DNA of 11,100 nt, taken from UHGV virus genome UHGV-0074791. The stretch is one strand, 5' to 3'. Both the position numbers and the translations under genes were made by a program. The notes beneath the pieces are model-generated. The model did not search any database, was not told the origin of the DNA, and saw nothing but the letters and a program-made list of their open reading frames with translations. This DNA comes from a virus. Below are positions 7,095-11,100 of the stretch, one piece after another. Every line of letters begins with the position of its first letter. Positions within the stretch are counted from its first letter, which is position 1.

Positions 7095-7156
7095 CTCTCC
7101 CATGATGGATTAACTATCTTGATTTAGTTAAAGAATTAATAATCACACCATTAACC

Positions 7157-7206
7157 TATGTGGACTAAGCATAGCCATTTACAAATGGGGACATTGAGTC
7201 CACATA
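7157..7206. repeat. 50-bp imperfect palindrome with a nested central palindrome; candidate recombinase or regulator binding site
   Basis: Outer arms tatgtggact (7157-7166) and agtccacata (7197-7206) are a perfect 10-bp inverted repeat; 18 of 25 positions are symmetric overall; the centre ccatttacaaatgg is itself palindromic. No T-run follows, so it does not look like a terminator. Confidence 0.35.
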
Positions 7207-7376
7207 ACGAAAGCTGTCGGTCATATCAGCTAAATAATTCACATCTCTTCTCGATTATCATACACCTCGAAGATCTACCAAATTCGCTCTAATCAATGAT
7301 AAAACAGTTGAATTCGGTTGAAATTTGATCAATTTTATCCACTACATTGTATTGAATCATCCATGAGGTTTCGTGC

Positions 7377-8933
7377 ATGGCTAGCGAAAATGACAAAAAT
7401 CATAGAGTTAGGGTCGCGCAGTACTTGAGGATGTCTACCGACCATCAGCAATATTCTTTACATAATCAGTCCGAATATATCAAAGATTATGCTGAAAAGA
7501 ACAATATGGAAATCGCTTATACCTACGATGATGCAGGTAAGAGCGGAGTCAGTATCATAGGCCGGCATTCTTTGCAGCAGTTACTTAGTGATGTAGAACA
7601 AAAGAAAATAGATATACAGGCTGTATTATTTTATGATGTGAGCCGTTTTGGTCGTTTTCAAAATAGTGATGAAGCGGCATATTATTCCTTTCTATTTGAG
7701 AGAAATGGTGTAGATCTTATATATTGTTCCGAACCTATACCCACTAAAGATTTCCCTTTAGAGTCCTCTGTTATACTGAATATAAAAAGATCTAGTGCTG
7801 CATATCACAGCAGGAATCTATCTGATAAGGTATTTATAGGGCAAGTAAATTTAATAAAGCTTGGTTATCATCAAGGCGGTATGGCTGGTTATGGGCTGAG
7901 ACGTCTTTTAGTAGACGAAAATGGCATAGCTAAAGAAATATTGAGTTTCCGCAAAAGAAAGAGTATTCAAACAGATAGGGTAATATTAATTCCGGGACCA
8001 AAAAATGAAATAAAAATTGTAAATAGAATATATGATCTCTTTATAGATAATAACGTCCCAGAATTCATTATTGCTGAGAGATTAAATGAACAGAACATAC
8101 CTGCAGAAAATGGAACATTATGGACTCGTGCAAAAATACATCAAATTTTGACAAATGAAAAATATATTGGAAACAACATATATAACAAAACCTCATCTAA
8201 ATTAAAAAGTAGGCTTGTAAAAAACCCCAAACATGAATGGGTTAGATGTGACAAGGCATATAAACCTATTATTTCAAAGAAAAAATACAATAAAGCTCAA
8301 GAAATAATTCAGCTCCGATCCATTCATTTGACTAATGAAGATCTATTAGAAAAACTAAAACAAAAATTAGAATCTAATGGAAAACTATCAGGCTTTATCA
8401 TTGATGAAGATGATACAGGCCCTTCATCTTCTGTTTATAGAACCCGATTTGGTGGTCTTTTAAGAGCATATACTTTGATTGGTTATAAGCCAGAACATGA
8501 TTACAGCTATATCCAAATAAATGAAGCACTAAGATCATTTTACTCAGGCATAATTGAGGATTTTAAGGGGGAAATTTTAAAAAGCAACTGCTATATAGAC
8601 GAATATAAATATGCACCAATGCTTTACATCAATGATGAGTTTTTAATTTCCGTCCTTATTACTAAATGCACACATATGAAATCGGGTAAACTCAGATGGA
8701 AAGTCCGGTTTGATAACTCACAGAAAGCAGACATAACAATTGTTATACGAATGGATTCACAAAATATTTCACCACTTGATTTTTATATCATACCAAAGAT
8801 TGAAAACGAATATAGTAAAATGTGGATGACGGAAACAAACAACATTCGATTAGATCTCTATAGATTTGATAATCTGGATAAACTTCTACAAATTATTACT
8901 CGCATGAAAGTGAGGGAACTATATGCTGCCTGA
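7377..8933 (+). CDS. Large serine recombinase (resolvase/invertase-type catalytic domain plus recombinase domain)
   Basis: 518 aa. N-terminal VAQYLRMSTDHQ holds the serine-recombinase catalytic Ser motif (Y-x-R-x-S-T-x-x-Q), followed by DDAGKSG and LFYDVSRFGR motifs of the resolvase domain, then a recombinase-domain-like region (IKIVNRIYDLF..., W-x-x-x-KI-x-QILTNEKYIG). GAGG ribosome-binding site 8 nt before the ATG. Strongly AT-rich. Confidence 0.85.
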   Translation: MASENDKNHRVRVAQYLRMSTDHQQYSLHNQSEYIKDYAEKNNMEIAYTYDDAGKSGVSIIGRHSLQQLLSDVEQKKIDIQAVLFYDVSRFGRFQNSDEAAYYSFLFERNGVDLIYCSEPIPTKDFPLESSVILNIKRSSAAYHSRNLSDKVFIGQVNLIKLGYHQGGMAGYGLRRLLVDENGIAKEILSFRKRKSIQTDRVILIPGPKNEIKIVNRIYDLFIDNNVPEFIIAERLNEQNIPAENGTLWTRAKIHQILTNEKYIGNNIYNKTSSKLKSRLVKNPKHEWVRCDKAYKPIISKKKYNKAQEIIQLRSIHLTNEDLLEKLKQKLESNGKLSGFIIDEDDTGPSSSVYRTRFGGLLRAYTLIGYKPEHDYSYIQINEALRSFYSGIIEDFKGEILKSNCYIDEYKYAPMLYINDEFLISVLITKCTHMKSGKLRWKVRFDNSQKADITIVIRMDSQNISPLDFYIIPKIENEYSKMWMTETNNIRLDLYRFDNLDKLLQIITRMKVRELYAA

Positions 8934-9819
8934 AAAAAATGAATTCTCAATAATTCAAATTGAGATTGCAAAAATAAAATTTCTTAACCCACGAACAAGA
9001 AATAAGGTAGTGCATGAAGAAATAAAGGAAAGCATAAAAAAAAGAGGATTAAGCAAGCCAATAAGCGTAATAGCTATTGATGAAGGCGATTTCAAATATG
9101 CTTTAATTTGTGGTCAAGGGAGAATAGAGGCTCTCGTTGCATTAGGTGAAACTATTATTCCAGCAATTATAAGAGATGTATCAGAAGAAGATGCTTACGT
9201 TATGAGTTTAGTTGAAAACATTGCAAGGAGAAGACCACGTTCTAATGAGTTATTACAGGTGATTAAAGACATGAAAATCAGAGGACTTTCAGACTCCGAA
9301 ATAAGTGAGATTACTGGATATTCATCGAACTGGGTGAGCAGTATTAATATGCTACTTGATAAGGGAGAGCATAAACTTCTCTCAGCAGTCGAACGGGGTA
9401 ATTTGCCTCTGTATCTCGCAGTGCAATTTGCAAGATGTGAAACTGAGGAAGCACAAGATATTCTTACCGAAGCATATGATAAAAAATTAATAAAAAGTCG
9501 GGACATTATAAAGATAAAACACATTCTAAATCAAAGAACAGTTGGGAATAAAGGTGCAAAAGCAGCCGGATTTTATTATCACAAACCATCAAAAAGGATG
9601 ACTGCAGAGGAGTTGATTGAGCTTTATGAAAATAGTATCGCTGAACATAAATCTGTTTATAACAACTCAAAATTCATAAAAACCAACCTACTAATAGTAA
9701 ATGAGATTTTTAACATCATAATGATGAATAAAAGCTTTCAACATATACTTGAACAAGAGAATCTTTCAGAACTACCATCTCAGATATTAACCCCAGTAAA
9801 CAAAGAGGTATTAAAATGA
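8923..9819 (+). CDS. ParB/Srx-fold N-terminal domain protein (ParB-like), paralogue 1
   Basis: 298 aa. ISVIAIDEGDFKYALICGQGRIEALVALGETIIPAIIRDV...SLVENIARRRPRS follows the ParB N-terminal domain pattern (Pfam ParBc, PF02195) with arginine-rich box-III-like ENIARRR, but box II is GQGR rather than canonical GERR. Start overlaps the recombinase stop by 11 bp; GAGGG ribosome-binding site upstream. Confidence 0.75.
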   Translation: MLPEKNEFSIIQIEIAKIKFLNPRTRNKVVHEEIKESIKKRGLSKPISVIAIDEGDFKYALICGQGRIEALVALGETIIPAIIRDVSEEDAYVMSLVENIARRRPRSNELLQVIKDMKIRGLSDSEISEITGYSSNWVSSINMLLDKGEHKLLSAVERGNLPLYLAVQFARCETEEAQDILTEAYDKKLIKSRDIIKIKHILNQRTVGNKGAKAAGFYYHKPSKRMTAEELIELYENSIAEHKSVYNNSKFIKTNLLIVNEIFNIIMMNKSFQHILEQENLSELPSQILTPVNKEVLK

Positions 9820-10712
9820 TTCAGATACGTTTTGGCGATAATTTTATTTACCTGGAAACTAATAAGTTAATTCCATCTAAGGAATTATTAGAAAACGTAA
9901 AGCGAAGCCATAAATATCATCAAATAGTTACCTCTATCGAAAGCTTAGGTATTATTGAACCAATAATAGTATTCTATGACAAAGATAAAGATGTCACTAA
10001 GATACTTGATGGCCATTTAAGGGTTGAGGCTTTAAAAGACTTAGGTATAGAAAAAGCTCCATGTATACTTTCGAGCATAGATGATGCTTTCACTCCTAAC
10101 AAACAAGTGAATCATATAAATGTAGTTGAAGAACATAGAATGATAATTAAGTCTCTGGCAAAAGTATCAATTGAAAAACTTAGTGCTGCTTTGGGCATAT
10201 CTGTTGATGCCATAAAAGATAAAGCTAATGTAATGAACGGTATAGATCCAAGTGTGATTGCGAAACTTTCTGATAAACCTATACCTAAGGCTACATTTGA
10301 TGTTTTGAGGAAAATGAAACCAATTCGTCAAATTGAAGCAGTCGGTACAATGATTAATTTTGATAATTATAGTAAAAAATTTGCAATGAGCATCTTGGAT
10401 GCAACACCGGCATCAATGATAGTAAATAAAGGGAAAAACACTCCCTATAAAAAGGACATAAAAAAAACCATACTTCGTCTGGAACAAGAAATGGCAACAA
10501 CTTCGGAAGAAACGAAAAAGCTTCAAACCGAGTATGGTTCAGATATGTTGAAATTCGTTATAATCCAGTCATATATTAATAAATTACTTGGCAATTCTAA
10601 AGTTCTTCATTGGTTCTTAGAAAACGAGGTTGATTATCTTAATGAGTTAAAAAGAATTTCTAGAATAAATTCTTTGGATGATAAGACTCTTACTGAAAAC
10701 AGCAAGTCATAG
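9816..10712 (+). CDS. ParB-like domain protein, paralogue 2 (more divergent)
   Basis: 298 aa, same length as paralogue 1. IESLGIIEPIIVFYDKDKDVTKILDGHLRVEALKDLGIEKAPCIL resembles the ParB N-terminal domain with DGHLR in place of GERR, followed by a helix-turn-helix-like segment (LSAALGISVDAIKDKA). ATGA start-stop overlap with the upstream gene and an AGAGG ribosome-binding site. Confidence 0.65.
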   Translation: MIQIRFGDNFIYLETNKLIPSKELLENVKRSHKYHQIVTSIESLGIIEPIIVFYDKDKDVTKILDGHLRVEALKDLGIEKAPCILSSIDDAFTPNKQVNHINVVEEHRMIIKSLAKVSIEKLSAALGISVDAIKDKANVMNGIDPSVIAKLSDKPIPKATFDVLRKMKPIRQIEAVGTMINFDNYSKKFAMSILDATPASMIVNKGKNTPYKKDIKKTILRLEQEMATTSEETKKLQTEYGSDMLKFVIIQSYINKLLGNSKVLHWFLENEVDYLNELKRISRINSLDDKTLTENSKS

Positions 10713-10954
10713 TCATGGTTTTATATAGCCTAAATAAACCAAGAAGTATACTTACACAACGACCTTCACGCCGAAGAAGCTGTCAGATACGCCAGCAACC
10801 AAAGCATTACGTTTAAGTGTCAGTCATTGATACGAAGGGATAACTGCGTATCAGCAGCCGGACATTGAGTCGAATAAAGGCTGGTAGAGAGGGACAGTTC
10901 TGTGTCACCGGGAGATTCGTCAGAAACATCAGCGGCAGAACAGATGAACCAGCA

Positions 10955-11100
10955 GGTAATGGTCCCAACTTATTGATAGTGTTTTATGTTCAGATAATGC
11001 CCGATGACTTTGTCATGCAGCTCCACCGATTTTGAGAACGACAGCGACTTCCGTCCCAGCCTTGCCAGATGTTGTCTCAGATTCAGATTATGTCGCTCAA
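10955..11100 (-). mobile_element. IS1 insertion sequence, right end (terminal inverted repeat and 3' part of insB); element continues past the right edge
   Basis: Minus-strand sequence from 10990 down to 10955 reads aacataaaacactatcaataagttgggaccattacc, matching the IS1 terminus as I recall it (...CACTATCAATAAGTTGGAGTCATTACC) apart from 2-3 mismatches. The adjacent frame encodes the InsB C-terminus. Confidence 0.85.
10970..11100 (-). CDS. insB: IS1 transposase InsB, C-terminal 43 codons (5' part lies outside the window)
   Basis: Minus-strand translation ...[42 protein letters not shown]-stop is the InsB C-terminus; the stop codon is the reverse complement of 10970-10972. Confidence 0.85.

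Larger units (their letters stand above)
5699..10954. mobile_element. P4-type integrase genomic island with AT-rich cargo, interrupted or bounded on the right by IS1
   Basis: Integrase directly downstream of the tmRNA 3'-end repeat and terminator; cargo operon far more AT-rich than the integrase and prophage genes; IS1 end at 10955. Confidence 0.5.

Noticed and set aside
8200-8933. C-terminal zinc-ribbon domain in the serine recombinase
   Set aside because: Large serine recombinases often carry a Cys-rich zinc ribbon, but this C-terminal region has few cysteines and no clear CxxC pairs, so I assert only the catalytic and recombinase domains.
5801-9524. Antisense ORFs 5801-6031, 6428-6685 and 9195-9524
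   Set aside because: Fully contained antisense within the P4-type integrase and ParB-like genes; no motifs or ribosome-binding sites.
1-11100. CRISPR arrays, rRNA or tRNA genes
   Set aside because: No regularly spaced direct repeats, and no rRNA-like or cloverleaf tRNA-like sequence beyond the 30-bp tmRNA 3'-end copy.

Overview
This window reads as an enterobacterial (E. coli-like) chromosomal segment at the tmRNA (ssrA) integration hotspot, carrying two mobile elements in tandem and ending in an IS1 copy. Left part (1-4191, about 50% G+C by eye): the tail end of a lambdoid prophage or remnant on the minus strand (N-terminus of side tail fibre Stf, the Lom outer-membrane protein flanked by hairpin terminators, and a J-like tail protein fragment), then, divergently on the plus strand, small early-region genes, an excisionase-like gene and a lambda-family tyrosine integrase. 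Between that integrase and a 30-bp copy of the ssrA 3' end (5669-5698, att repeat plus terminator) lies an AT-rich two-gene cargo module (4224-5540, minus strand): a DarT-like (DUF4433) ADP-ribosyltransferase translationally coupled to a 229-aa partner in which I find no macrodomain motif. This is my top candidate for an undescribed toxin-antitoxin or defence pair. Right of the att repeat is a P4-type integrase (5865-7094), then a strongly AT-rich three-gene operon (7377-10712): a large serine recombinase and two paralogous 298-aa ParB-like proteins, all with overlapping start and stop codons. This is the second candidate system. The last 146 bp are the end of an IS1 element. All family assignments are from reading the translations and motifs; no searches were run.
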